Source: an uncultured Acidobacteriota bacterium (GTDB lineage: Bacteria; Acidobacteriota; UBA6911). Taken from it: a stretch of DNA of 64,000 nucleotides. The translations under genes and the position numbers were made by a program. Below, in pieces: positions 1 to 9,381 of the stretch. The DNA is taken from assembly GCA_963809485.1 (NCBI GenBank), contig CAWEJX010000007.1:672001-736000 (forward strand), in the 5' to 3' direction. Under the pieces are notes generated by a model. The model had not been told where the DNA came from. It searched no databases and saw only the letters and a program-made list of their open reading frames with translations. The stretch's first letter is position 1, and every line of letters starts with the position of its first letter.

Positions 1-1
1 G

Positions 2-1630
2 ATCACCGCCTATTCCCTGGGGGGGCTTTCCGGCATTGCAGCCTGGGCTGTGAACAGCCCGGTAGTGGAAACAACCTCCGGCAAAGTGCGCGGATTCCTC
101 AACGACGGCATTTGCTCCTTCCGGGGAGTGCGGTACGGCGCTTCCACGGAGGGGAAGAACCGTTTCATGCCGCCTCAGAAGCCCATGCCCTGGGCGGGCA
201 TACGTGATGCAACTTCCTACGGGTACAGCGCTCCTCAAACAAATCCATCCCCGCGCGGCGCGGCCGGCCCGGAAAGCGAAATGAGTCAAATTTTGCTGGC
301 TTCAGACGGATACAGGGTCCCTCCTGCCGAGAGCGAGGACTGCCTCTTTCTGAACGTCTGGACGCCTGGCATTGGGGCGGCCAAAAAGCGCCCGGTCATG
401 GTCTGGCTGCATGGGGGAGGATACAGCTCCGGGACGGCATCCAGCCTGATGTATGATGGGACCAATCTCGCGCAACGCGGCGACATTGTCATGGTCGGGC
501 TTAATCATCGTCTGAATGTTTTCGGCTATACGCACTTTGGGGATATTGGCGGGCCGGAGTATGCGCATTCGGGAAATGCGGGGCAGCTGGACATTATCGC
601 CGCTTTGGAGTGGATCCGGGACAACATCGAGTTTTTCGGCGGCGATCCCAAACGCGTCATGATTTTCGGTGAATCGGGCGGTGGATCGAAGGTCTCGATG
701 CTGCTGGGAAGCCCGCCGGCAAAAGGATTGTTCCACAGGGCCGTCATAGAAAGCGGGCCGGGAGTGAGGATGGCGGAACGAGAGACGGCGACCAGGGCTG
801 CTGAGACGCTGCTGTCTGAACTGGGATTGGATGCAAAACGCCTGCCGGAAATTCAGAAGTTATCGACGGAAAAGATCCTGGCCGCATATTTCTCTGCCAC
901 GGCGGTATTGTCCAAGCGAGGAACCGGGGGAGGAATGGGCGGCGGCGGTTTTAGCCCTGTCCTCGATCCGCAGGTGCTCCCGGCTCATCCGTTTCATCCT
1001 GAAGCGACGCGCATCTCGGAAGATGTGCCGGTGATGGTGGGCTGGAACAAGACCGAATCGACAGTCTTTTCCATGGGCGATCCTTCCCTTTTCTCACTCG
1101 ACGACGCAGGGCTGAGAAAACGCATCGAAGGCCTGGCCGGCAACGATGCGGACGAACTTATAAAAGCGTATAGGAATGAATATCCGAAGCTGTCTCCCTC
1201 GGGAATCTATTTCTACATTTCGAGCTATTCCATGATGGGTTCCGGCTCCGTCACGATCGCAGAACGGAAAGCCGCCCTGGGCCGGGCTCCGGCGTATTTA
1301 TATCGTTTCGATTGGGAGACTCCGGTATTCAATGGGAAATACATCAGTCCGCACGGGCTGGAAATGCCGATGGTTTTCGACAATGTCGAGGGGGGCGGTT
1401 TGATCTGGACGGATGGAACGGCTGAAGCAAAAAAAATGGCCGTAAAAATGAGCGAATCCTGGATAGCATTCGCCGCCACTGGAAATCCGAATTCCAGGAA
1501 AAGCGGGTTGCCTCAATGGCCGGCCTACGATTCGGAGAAACGGGCGATGATGATTTTTGACAACGAAAGCAGGATAGCCTACGATCCGCTCAAATTGCAG
1601 CGAGTCATTTTCAGCCGGAACCAGAAATAA
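2..1630 (+). CDS. Type-B carboxylesterase/lipase (para-nitrobenzyl esterase-like), 5'-truncated by window edge
   Basis: SEDCLFLNVW, WLHGGG, FGESGG nucleophile elbow, HGLE His motif; frame is open from position 2 with a hydrophobic signal-peptide-like tail (..GIAAWA-VN). Confidence 0.9.
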   Translation: MTAYSLGGLSGIAAWAVNSPVVETTSGKVRGFLNDGICSFRGVRYGASTEGKNRFMPPQKPMPWAGIRDATSYGYSAPQTNPSPRGAAGPESEMSQILLASDGYRVPPAESEDCLFLNVWTPGIGAAKKRPVMVWLHGGGYSSGTASSLMYDGTNLAQRGDIVMVGLNHRLNVFGYTHFGDIGGPEYAHSGNAGQLDIIAALEWIRDNIEFFGGDPKRVMIFGESGGGSKVSMLLGSPPAKGLFHRAVIESGPGVRMAERETATRAAETLLSELGLDAKRLPEIQKLSTEKILAAYFSATAVLSKRGTGGGMGGGGFSPVLDPQVLPAHPFHPEATRISEDVPVMVGWNKTESTVFSMGDPSLFSLDDAGLRKRIEGLAGNDADELIKAYRNEYPKLSPSGIYFYISSYSMMGSGSVTIAERKAALGRAPAYLYRFDWETPVFNGKYISPHGLEMPMVFDNVEGGGLIWTDGTAEAKKMAVKMSESWIAFAATGNPNSRKSGLPQWPAYDSEKRAMMIFDNESRIAYDPLKLQRVIFSRNQK

Positions 1631-1635
1631 TTCTA

Positions 1636-1855
1636 GTGGTAAACCCACGGCTCTGCCGGGGGACTCATAGAGTTTGACAGCTCTGCATTTTGAAACGCTG
1701 AGATACGCTGACAAAAGCGCTGACAAACGCCGATTTGTTCGGCGAGGGTCGGCTTTTGCCCGCGTAAGTCAGCGTTCAAGACCGGCGTAACCCCTCCAAC
1801 CGCTTTGAGCGATTCCAATCTTTCAAGCCTCCGACTTTGCCGGAGGTGCCTGACT
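1636..1855 (+). mobile_element. Non-autonomous IS200/IS605-like element, copy A (internally deleted, 220 bp)
   Basis: Left hairpin CCCACGGCTCTGCCGGGGG and right hairpin CCTCCGACTTTGCCGGAGG..GACT; homologous to 13373-13767, 46938-47332 and 53405-53523. Confidence 0.75.
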
Positions 1856-1901
1856 AACGCCGCGGATTCCACAGATTTGCACAAACCAAGGGCCTTTCGG
1901 G

Positions 1902-3755
1902 TCAACGCCACTTGTCGATCGATATCTGGATCTCGGCCACCGCGTCCCAGCCGTGTATATGCTGTACCTGACCTTGAGCGCCTACGACGATCACGCGAAT
2001 AAACTGGCGAGGATAGACCGACACGACGGTGTCCTCAGAGAGGTCCTTATAGCCAGGGTGGCTAGGCTCGACGAGGTACCAGAAATTCCAGTTCTTGCGC
2101 AGGTCTCCGAGCCGGGCGGTCGAGTTCTTGTAGAGGAAGTCCGCTAACTTCTCCTTGGACATGCCTTCTTTTTCAGCCAGATAATGCGCATTATCTGGGC
2201 TGACCAGGGCGATCATTCCCGAGGGGAATTCGTAGTGTGCCACTGTCTGGGCCAGTCTTCTGACATGCTTGAGTCCAGTTCCCCAGTAGTTGCCGACCTC
2301 GGCGTTCCACAACACAAAGAAGGTCAGGACGCTGTCTTTCCTGTTGTAGCCGCCGAATTGTTGCGCCGTGCCGTCGCTGGCGCGATATCCAACAATTTCG
2401 GCCGTAGCCTTTCCGCGCTTCTTAGCCTCGTCAGCCCCTATGACACCAGCATCCGCGCTCGTGATGGTGCCGTCGGGCAGCACCGGCGCCAGGGGCTTGC
2501 TGACGTGCAGCGGTTCCCACGGACTCCCCTCTTCGTTCTCGGCAAAGCACACGCCACCACGAAGCGTGTTGTTGCCCATGGTAGGATTCATGCTGATGCC
2601 GGAAATGCAGCCGCCGATATTGCGGATGAAGAGTTGAAAAGCGCGTCCAATGGTTGAGTTGGGCCGGTACCCAGGGCCGAGTGCGCCTCGACCGGAGTTC
2701 ATTCCGATCTCTTTGGCGTACGGACCGTTGATCACATGCATGTATCCGAAGCCGTTCGTTGACACGACGAAAGCCGGGAACTGCCCGCCGAAGCTGCGGC
2801 CCTGAATCAAGTCAGCCGCCTGAACCGTCGCCAGGAGGACCGGCATGTACTCGGGCTTCGCGCCGGCCATCACCGCGTTGATCGCAACGGACTCAACCGT
2901 CGCGCCCCAACCTTCGCAGCCCCAGTTTGCCGCGATCACCTCGTTGCGGGGGTGACTCGTCCCCTTCAGCATCTCCGCCACGGCTTCTTTTGTGGGCGGG
3001 ATAATCGGAAGGCCATCGGTCCAATGCTGCTTATGGAAGTGCTCCTGGATCTCCGCGAGCGTGCCCACGAGCGCAACCTTTCCCGGGGGATCTGGTTTGA
3101 TGATATCGTTCCGTCGTTCCTCCTTGGTTAGTTCCCGCGTCAGTCCATCAATGACGGCGTCGACAATGCCGCCCATCTCCTTGTCGGTGATCCGGTCTTT
3201 GGGACAGGTGGTGGAGACGATGCGGATGGGCACGCCGGTGGCGCCGGCCTTCCAATCGGCGACATGCTTCATGTCTTCGCACGCAATGTGAACTCCCGGC
3301 ACGCCACGCTTTTCGAACTTGATGGCCGAATACGCAGCCCCCTGCGATCCGCTGGACCCGCCCGAGCCTCCGAAGACAAAGGCATCGGACTGCGCCGCGA
3401 TTTTCTCGACAAACGCATCATCGATGCCAAAAGAGCTGCTGGTGGTCGATACCTTTACTCCCGGATATCGCTTTTCGAGCTCGGCCTTCAGCGGTCCGTA
3501 AATCAGCCCAACCCCGTCCTTTGTGTCAATGAGGCTGACCCTGCTCCTGCTGATGTCCTTCGGGCGTGGCGACAGCGCAATCCGCTGGATAGACGGACGC
3601 ATACCGCGCGGATCCAGGACAGTGATCTTGCCTTGAGCATCTGTTGCCGGCTTCAGAGCCAAAACTGCAATACCGGCCGTGACGAGCAATACAGCCAGTG
3701 CTACAGGGAGCCACACTCGCGCCAATCTAGAGATGCCGGATACTCGTGTTTCCAT
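1902..3755 (-). CDS. UGSC-family (seleno)protein-like fused protein, secreted, redox motif lacking Cys/Sec
   Basis: N-terminal signal/TM; EKRGVPGV after the motif position; WTDGLPIIPPT, ATVESVAINAVMAG, NSTIGRA, AENEEGSPW motifs. Confidence 0.7.
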   Translation of the reverse strand: METRVSGISRLARVWLPVALAVLLVTAGIAVLALKPATDAQGKITVLDPRGMRPSIQRIALSPRPKDISRSRVSLIDTKDGVGLIYGPLKAELEKRYPGVKVSTTSSSFGIDDAFVEKIAAQSDAFVFGGSGGSSGSQGAAYSAIKFEKRGVPGVHIACEDMKHVADWKAGATGVPIRIVSTTCPKDRITDKEMGGIVDAVIDGLTRELTKEERRNDIIKPDPPGKVALVGTLAEIQEHFHKQHWTDGLPIIPPTKEAVAEMLKGTSHPRNEVIAANWGCEGWGATVESVAINAVMAGAKPEYMPVLLATVQAADLIQGRSFGGQFPAFVVSTNGFGYMHVINGPYAKEIGMNSGRGALGPGYRPNSTIGRAFQLFIRNIGGCISGISMNPTMGNNTLRGGVCFAENEEGSPWEPLHVSKPLAPVLPDGTITSADAGVIGADEAKKRGKATAEIVGYRASDGTAQQFGGYNRKDSVLTFFVLWNAEVGNYWGTGLKHVRRLAQTVAHYEFPSGMIALVSPDNAHYLAEKEGMSKEKLADFLYKNSTARLGDLRKNWNFWYLVEPSHPGYKDLSEDTVVSVYPRQFIRVIVVGAQGQVQHIHGWDAVAEIQISIDKWR

Positions 3756-4119
3756 GTTCCCTCCTTAGTGTCGCTTTTTCGGGCTATGCACTGCGGTCCA
3801 CGGCGATGTTGCCGCCTGCAGCGGATAAGACCTCTGATAAACCCAGGTTATGTAAGCTGTCGCGATTTCCTTTGGATCTTTCAGGGCGGATTCTACTTCA
3901 AGACGGAAGGGAAAAACCATAAATTTGCAGTGGTTTTCATTTCAGCCAGCTTTGGCCAGCATGCAGAGCGGAAGCTCCACGGTGGCCCTGTTCTGACAGC
4001 CAACAAGCCCGTTCGTTCCGGAGATTGCGGTTGATCCGAATTCGTGATGGTCCGACAATGGGAAATGACCAGGAAGCAATAGCGTTGATCTGCCGGGACT
4101 ATAAAGAGGTGAAAAGGAT

Positions 4120-5784
4120 TTGAGCATGGATCGACATACGGAGCACACAATACTGAATGGAATCTCCCGCAGGAGATTCCTCAAATGCACGGCAATATCC
4201 GCAGGAAGCGCCGGAGTGTTGGGGCTAGCCGGCTGTTCTCCTCGGCGCCCTGGCGAAAAGCAGGCCGACAGCGATAGCCAATTCGGCAAAAGTTCGGATG
4301 GCGCAGCAACACTTTCCTTCCTGCCCAGGCCGGCGCCAATCGCGGAGGACGATATTAGGGAAACGAAAACATTTGATGCCGTCATCGTCGGCGCCGGGGC
4401 ATCCGGAGTTCCTGCAGCTTTGTCGGCGGCCGAACATGGCGCCAAAGTCGCTGTGCTTCAGAAGGAAAACATCATCGTCTCGCAAGGCAATGCAGGCGCG
4501 GGCATCGACCTGTCAGCGAGCGATCCTGCCGGCATTGAAGCTCTTGTCGCGCTTTTAATGAAGGATAATGCGCATCGGTGCAATCCCAAGCTTCTTCAGC
4601 AATGGGCATATAATTCGGGGGAAGCGGTAACCTGGGTTATGGATCGCGCAAAGCAATCAGGCGCTCAGGTAATCGATCAAGGAAACCTGCCCCAGAGCAC
4701 CATCGTCAGGATCAATGGCTATATGCTGAATTACCATACATCCTATTTCGGGCCCAAGCCTTACACCAATGGAGAGGGGATGCGCGCATTGGGCAAAACC
4801 GCTGAAAAGGCCGGCGTCCAATTTTTCTTCAGCACTCCCGGCATCCAACTGGTGCAGGATTCTTCCGGAGAAGTCACCGGAGTCATCGGCAAGCGGCCGG
4901 ATGGCGGCTATACACGGTTTTTGGCGCACAAGGGCGTAATCCTGGCTACGGGCGATTACCAGAACAACAAAGCAATGTGCGATTACTTCATTCCTGATGC
5001 GAAAAATTTTGGTCGCAAGCAGGTTGACAGAACCGGCGATGGGCACATCATGGGGTACTGGGCCGGGGGAGTCATCGAGCCGATAGGCCATACCAAAATG
5101 CTGCATGATTTTGACTCCGGACCCGCCGGCATGTGCGACATGCCGTTCCTGGCCGTTGACCAAAAGGGAAAGCGGTTTGTAAACGAAATGGTTGTAATGT
5201 CGGAGCTCAATAATTATCTCCGCCAGCAAGACTGCGCCGGGCAATATTCTCAGATATTCGATTCCAACTACATGAAGCAGGCGGCAAACTGGCCAGGCAG
5301 ACTTGTTCCTCCGGAAGGGCTCCGGGACTATATGCCCGAGGAATCGAGTCCCCATCCTGGCGTATTTGAGACATTCATCGATACACACAAGGCGAATACG
5401 CTTGAGGAGCTTGCCGCCAAAATCAGGGTTCATCCCGCAACATTGGTCGAAACCGTCAGGCGCTATAATGAAATCGTTGCTTCCGGCAGGGATTCCGACT
5501 TCGGCAAGCCTGCCAGCCAGTTGCAGCCGATTGACGCGCCGCCCTTCTACGGGATCCACCGCACAATACGGATATCCGCCATCTGTTCAGGCTTGCTCGT
5601 CAACGAGAATCATCAATGTCTCGATGCCTATGGCAATCCCATCAAAGGTTTGTATGCCGTCGGCAATCTCGGCGGCGGATTTTACGGCAGCGCCGATTAT
5701 CCTCTCACGGTTTTCGGTCTTTCACTGGGCCGCTGCTATACCTTTGGATATCTTGCAGGAAAACATGTCGCGCAAATAGGATGA
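4120..5784 (+). CDS. FAD-dependent flavocytochrome c flavin subunit (FAD_binding_2), Tat-lipoprotein
   Basis: SRRRFLK Tat motif, LAGC lipobox, VGAGASG, VILATGDY, GKRFVNE, IKGLYAVGN. Confidence 0.85.
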   Translation: MSMDRHTEHTILNGISRRRFLKCTAISAGSAGVLGLAGCSPRRPGEKQADSDSQFGKSSDGAATLSFLPRPAPIAEDDIRETKTFDAVIVGAGASGVPAALSAAEHGAKVAVLQKENIIVSQGNAGAGIDLSASDPAGIEALVALLMKDNAHRCNPKLLQQWAYNSGEAVTWVMDRAKQSGAQVIDQGNLPQSTIVRINGYMLNYHTSYFGPKPYTNGEGMRALGKTAEKAGVQFFFSTPGIQLVQDSSGEVTGVIGKRPDGGYTRFLAHKGVILATGDYQNNKAMCDYFIPDAKNFGRKQVDRTGDGHIMGYWAGGVIEPIGHTKMLHDFDSGPAGMCDMPFLAVDQKGKRFVNEMVVMSELNNYLRQQDCAGQYSQIFDSNYMKQAANWPGRLVPPEGLRDYMPEESSPHPGVFETFIDTHKANTLEELAAKIRVHPATLVETVRRYNEIVASGRDSDFGKPASQLQPIDAPPFYGIHRTIRISAICSGLLVNENHQCLDAYGNPIKGLYAVGNLGGGFYGSADYPLTVFGLSLGRCYTFGYLAGKHVAQIG

Positions 5785-5871
5785 AGCGGCGCAGGACTGT
5801 GCGAACCGTCTGCCGCAGGACGCGGCTCATAGGAGAGAACAGAATACGGATCGAGTTGAATTGAGGAAGGA

Positions 5872-6558
5872 ATGGGTGGCATGACTGAACAGAATACTGA
5901 AAAGCCGACGAAGGCGTTCCGACGAATAGGGCTCTTTGGGGGCATAAGCGTGCTGGTAGTGATCGCGTTGACTGCCGCCGGATTAGCATGGCATCGACAA
6001 CCGGGTTTTTGCGGCATCTGTCATACGCCGATGGCGAGCTACGTTCAAGGCTACAATGACGGGGATGACATGCTTATGATCACTCCTCACGTAAAGGGAG
6101 AAAATGCGGTGCGCTGCCTGGACTGCCACAAGCAGACGCTTAAACAGGAAGTTACCGAAGCCGTTTATTGGTTTACCGGCAATTATGATTATCCGCTAAA
6201 AAAGCGCGAATTCGGAACGCGCGAGTTCTGCCTGACATCGGGCTGTCATGACGAAGGAGAAATCCTGAAGGCAACCAAGGAGAACAAGATGTCCAGGGCG
6301 ATAAATACAATTGGAGACGCTGTGGAATACAACCAGCACGATCCTCGCCATGGGAAACAAGCTTGTTTTCGATGCCATTCGGTGCATGGCAAGTCGGTAT
6401 TGCTATGCAACCAATGCCACAAACTCAAGGAGCCCAAAGGATGGACATCGCCTGAGCCCAATGGCGTCGTCGCCGCTCAGGAAATCTTTGCGCCGGCTAA
6501 TCCAATGGGAAATCCACCGGTTCTTCCGGTGAGGCAGCCTCAGTTTGACAAATACTGA
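5872..6558 (+). CDS. Membrane-anchored multiheme cytochrome c (about 5 hemes)
   Basis: N-terminal TM; CGICH, CLDCH, CLTSGCH, CFRCH, CNQCH. Confidence 0.85.
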   Translation: MGGMTEQNTEKPTKAFRRIGLFGGISVLVVIALTAAGLAWHRQPGFCGICHTPMASYVQGYNDGDDMLMITPHVKGENAVRCLDCHKQTLKQEVTEAVYWFTGNYDYPLKKREFGTREFCLTSGCHDEGEILKATKENKMSRAINTIGDAVEYNQHDPRHGKQACFRCHSVHGKSVLLCNQCHKLKEPKGWTSPEPNGVVAAQEIFAPANPMGNPPVLPVRQPQFDKY

Positions 6559-6848
6559 AGCATGCCTTTCCGAATATTGAATGTCGAACCGCAGAAGTTA
6601 GGCCCGACTTCAAAATTCAAAAATTTCATTATAAATCGAGAGCGCGCAGATTATGAATCGTGCGTTTGGTGCGAAAATGCCGTGCGAGACAATACAGACA
6701 ACATAACCTTTTCCTTGATATTCGGCTAAAACGGACAGCGGGGGTGCGGCCCTGCTTCCTTGTGTGCTAAGCTGGCTTCAGCCATGCCTGTATGCATGAG
6801 GCAATATCATCTTTTCGAGCAATGAAGGCATATCAAGGAGAATCGATC

Positions 6849-7781
6849 ATGTGCACCCTAAAGTCAGCGCCCCAGGGATTAACACGAAGGAATTTTGTCG
6901 CAGGCGCGGCCGCTGCCGCTGTTGCAGGATCTACGGGTTTTGCGGGTATCGCACACGCCGCAGCCGCGCAACCGCCGGATCAACCCGCAACTCCCGTGGA
7001 GACGATGAACACCTACGGTTCCGATCTCCTGAATATGCTGGTGCTGAGAACCTATCCGATCGCAATAAAAATGCTGAAGAATGAAAGCGAAATCCCGAAG
7101 GGCGCCGTAAGGCCCAAAAAAGACCTCGGAACGCACTATGCCGCCTGCCAGGCCTTTGGCATCGTGAGACGGCGCGGCACCATGCTGGCAATGTTCATAG
7201 AAGACCACTGGTGTTTCGAGCCGATTATTGCTTACGGACTGGTGGAGCCTCCCAAGGATTTTCTGGAAGGATCGGGAAGCGCCTTCTTTGTTCAAAGCAA
7301 GGAAGGGGCGAAGGAACGCAGCAGCAAAATAGCCCTTCTGCCTCGAGGCAAATACGCCGGGATGGTGCTGGCGCCGCTTCACAAAGCAAGCTTTTCGCCG
7401 GACCTGACCATGATTTACTGCAATCCTTCGCAGCTGCGGCACATGCTGTTCGCATACATGCTTAAAAATGGACAGCGGGTTACCTCCACCCTCGATCCGA
7501 TCTGGTCCTGCGTGCACTCCATCGTGCCGTCTCTATTGAATGGCACCTGTGAAGTGACCGTGCCCGATCCCGGGGATTTCGAGAGAGCGGCCGTCGGGGA
7601 TGACGAGATGATTTTCACGGTCCCTGCCGGCAACATGAAGGAATTCATGGACGGGGTGTATCAATACGAGAAAACGGGAAGGGGATATCGAAGCTACGGC
7701 CGCGAGCTGCAGGGCGATTTCCAGCAACCGCCTTTCTATCAGCAGTATTTTAAAGAATGGGGCCTGGACGCGCCGAAATAG
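6849..7781 (+). CDS. DUF169 family protein with Tat signal
   Basis: AAGGAG SD before ATG 6849; TRRNFV Tat motif; CQAFGIVRR, PDLTMIYCNPSQL, PDPGD. Confidence 0.75.
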   Translation: MCTLKSAPQGLTRRNFVAGAAAAAVAGSTGFAGIAHAAAAQPPDQPATPVETMNTYGSDLLNMLVLRTYPIAIKMLKNESEIPKGAVRPKKDLGTHYAACQAFGIVRRRGTMLAMFIEDHWCFEPIIAYGLVEPPKDFLEGSGSAFFVQSKEGAKERSSKIALLPRGKYAGMVLAPLHKASFSPDLTMIYCNPSQLRHMLFAYMLKNGQRVTSTLDPIWSCVHSIVPSLLNGTCEVTVPDPGDFERAAVGDDEMIFTVPAGNMKEFMDGVYQYEKTGRGYRSYGRELQGDFQQPPFYQQYFKEWGLDAPK

Positions 7782-8064
7782 ATAATCTGCGGACACATGC
7801 ATCGGCATACCAGTCCATCCCTGACCTTCTCCCCGTGGCTTCAAAAATTGAAGAGCCAGCAGGCACACCGATATTGACTGCCGATTCCGTTGGGTATAGG
7901 AATATTACCCAGTCGCATACCATGCCGGGAATAGGCTGTTTGACTCCGAAGGCTTTGTTGCAGGGAGTTTTACGCCCACAATATTCGGCAACACTGCTGC
8001 ACGCTGACAAAAGCGCTGCGGAACGCCGATAATTTGCTGCCCGAAGCTCCGGCTTCGAATCAGG

Positions 8065-8340
8065 CTACGGACCTTTTCCCGGCACGCGCCTTAATTCGAA
8101 GACATTGACTACTTCGCAATCGGGGCAGGACACTGTCATGACATTCGGGTCGCTCTGCCAGGGAAACGAGCCGCCGTGCTTGAGCACGAGAGCGAAAGGG
8201 AAGATGGAATTATAGGCCGCCCAGCAGATGCCCCCGGGCGTTTTGTCCCCCAGAATCCATTCATCGCCGATTTGGTGCCCGTTGTGGCAGGGTTGCCGGT
8301 TGCCGATCAACTTGATGGATATATCATAAATTTCAGCCAT
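8065..8340 (-). CDS. TIGR04076-family small Cys protein
   Basis: PCHNGHQIGD, TPGGIC, VSCPD, VFELRR; GGAG SD. Confidence 0.75.
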   Translation of the reverse strand: MAEIYDISIKLIGNRQPCHNGHQIGDEWILGDKTPGGICWAAYNSIFPFALVLKHGGSFPWQSDPNVMTVSCPDCEVVNVFELRRVPGKGP

Positions 8341-8448
8341 GGCGTCTCCCTCTGGAATAGCCGAATTATACAGGCAAACAAAACTCTTGATCGTGGATTA
8401 TTAGTTTATGAGGCAAAGACGGGCAGTCGCAGTGGGGGTAATAAAGAC

Positions 8449-8649
8449 CTAAATTCCTTTGCCGTTTCTAAGCAAATGCGCTTCATGCCAGGCCGTGAGG
8501 TTGAGTTCCACCAGAAGCCTGTGATCGGAATCGATAAGGTCCTGCATAATCCGGTGCAGTTGCTCGTCGGAATAATGCGCTATAGGGCTATTGCCAAATA
8601 TCTTCTCAAGCAATGGTTCGCTTGAATCAATCGGTCGCGCTTTTTTCAT
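8449..8649 (-). CDS. Hypothetical small protein
   Basis: 66-aa ORF with purine-rich SD (GGGGGAAG) before ATG. Confidence 0.4.
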   Translation of the reverse strand: MKKARPIDSSEPLLEKIFGNSPIAHYSDEQLHRIMQDLIDSDHRLLVELNLTAWHEAHLLRNGKGI

Positions 8650-8928
8650 GCTTCCCCCTTCCCGCCGAATCCCAAAAGGAATGGATGCCTGGGGAATGAT
8701 AAAAAAATGCGCCCAGCTTTCGATGTGACTGTCGTCACGGGAATTTTTCCCTGATATAAACGTGAAAGCGCCGGGTGCCTGCGTGGCTGCAGCCTCGATG
8801 ACCGCGATTGCGCGCCGGATACTCCTGTCTATTAACATATTCTAATTCTTATTTTCCACCATTGCATCCTCCGGCAAAGTTTTCTGATATAATGCGGGCG
8901 TTCGTGATTTTAAGCGTTTGTGTAAGGT

Positions 8929-9129
8929 ATGGCCATGGATTATACCCAGGCGCTCATCGATCAAACGAGACGAAAAGCAAAATACTATCCCTTCAACCGT
9001 CCCAGATTCTGGCTCAAATTGTGGTTTGGCTCGATCGTCCTTATTCTGTCCGCCTACGCGGTTTCCTATGCGGCGCGATTTGTGCTCACTCACCGGGCGG
9101 AGTTCTACGAAATCCTGTCCCGCCTTTAG
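8929..9129 (+). CDS. Hypothetical small membrane protein
   Basis: 66-aa ORF with one hydrophobic helix. Confidence 0.4.
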   Translation: MAMDYTQALIDQTRRKAKYYPFNRPRFWLKLWFGSIVLILSAYAVSYAARFVLTHRAEFYEILSRL

Positions 9130-9288
9130 GGCTGCATACAAGCCCTGCTTGCGCCTGATCCAGCGGGAGGTCCACCGGTTCTACCGGTGAGGCACAAAGC
9201 TATCACCGCATGTAACAGGCACCCCGAGTACCACAAAAGGGAAGCCTCAATAATTTCAATACAAGCGCGATTGGGCCTGATGTATTGT

Positions 9289-9359
9289 AGCGCCGATATG
9301 CGCTGACGCATGCGGGCTTCAGCGTTCGTCGGCGTTATTGTCAGCGTAGGTCAGCGTTT
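9289..9359. repeat. ACGCTGAC-unit palindromic repeat (degenerate)
   Basis: GCGCCGAT/GCGCTGAC left arm and TCAGCG/TCGGCG x4 right arm. Confidence 0.75.
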
Positions 9360-9381
9360 GAAATCCTGGAGGAATGCTTAA

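Noticed and set aside
7750-8010. Remnant of a 2Fe-2S/ASKHA-type gene (FLYPTESAVNIGVPAGSSIFEA)
   Set aside because: Resemblance is short, lacks the Cys ligands, and cannot be supported without a search
9173-9189. IS200-like end hairpin CACCGGTTCTACCGGTG
   Set aside because: Isolated 6-bp stem with no partner end; may be chance or a weak terminator
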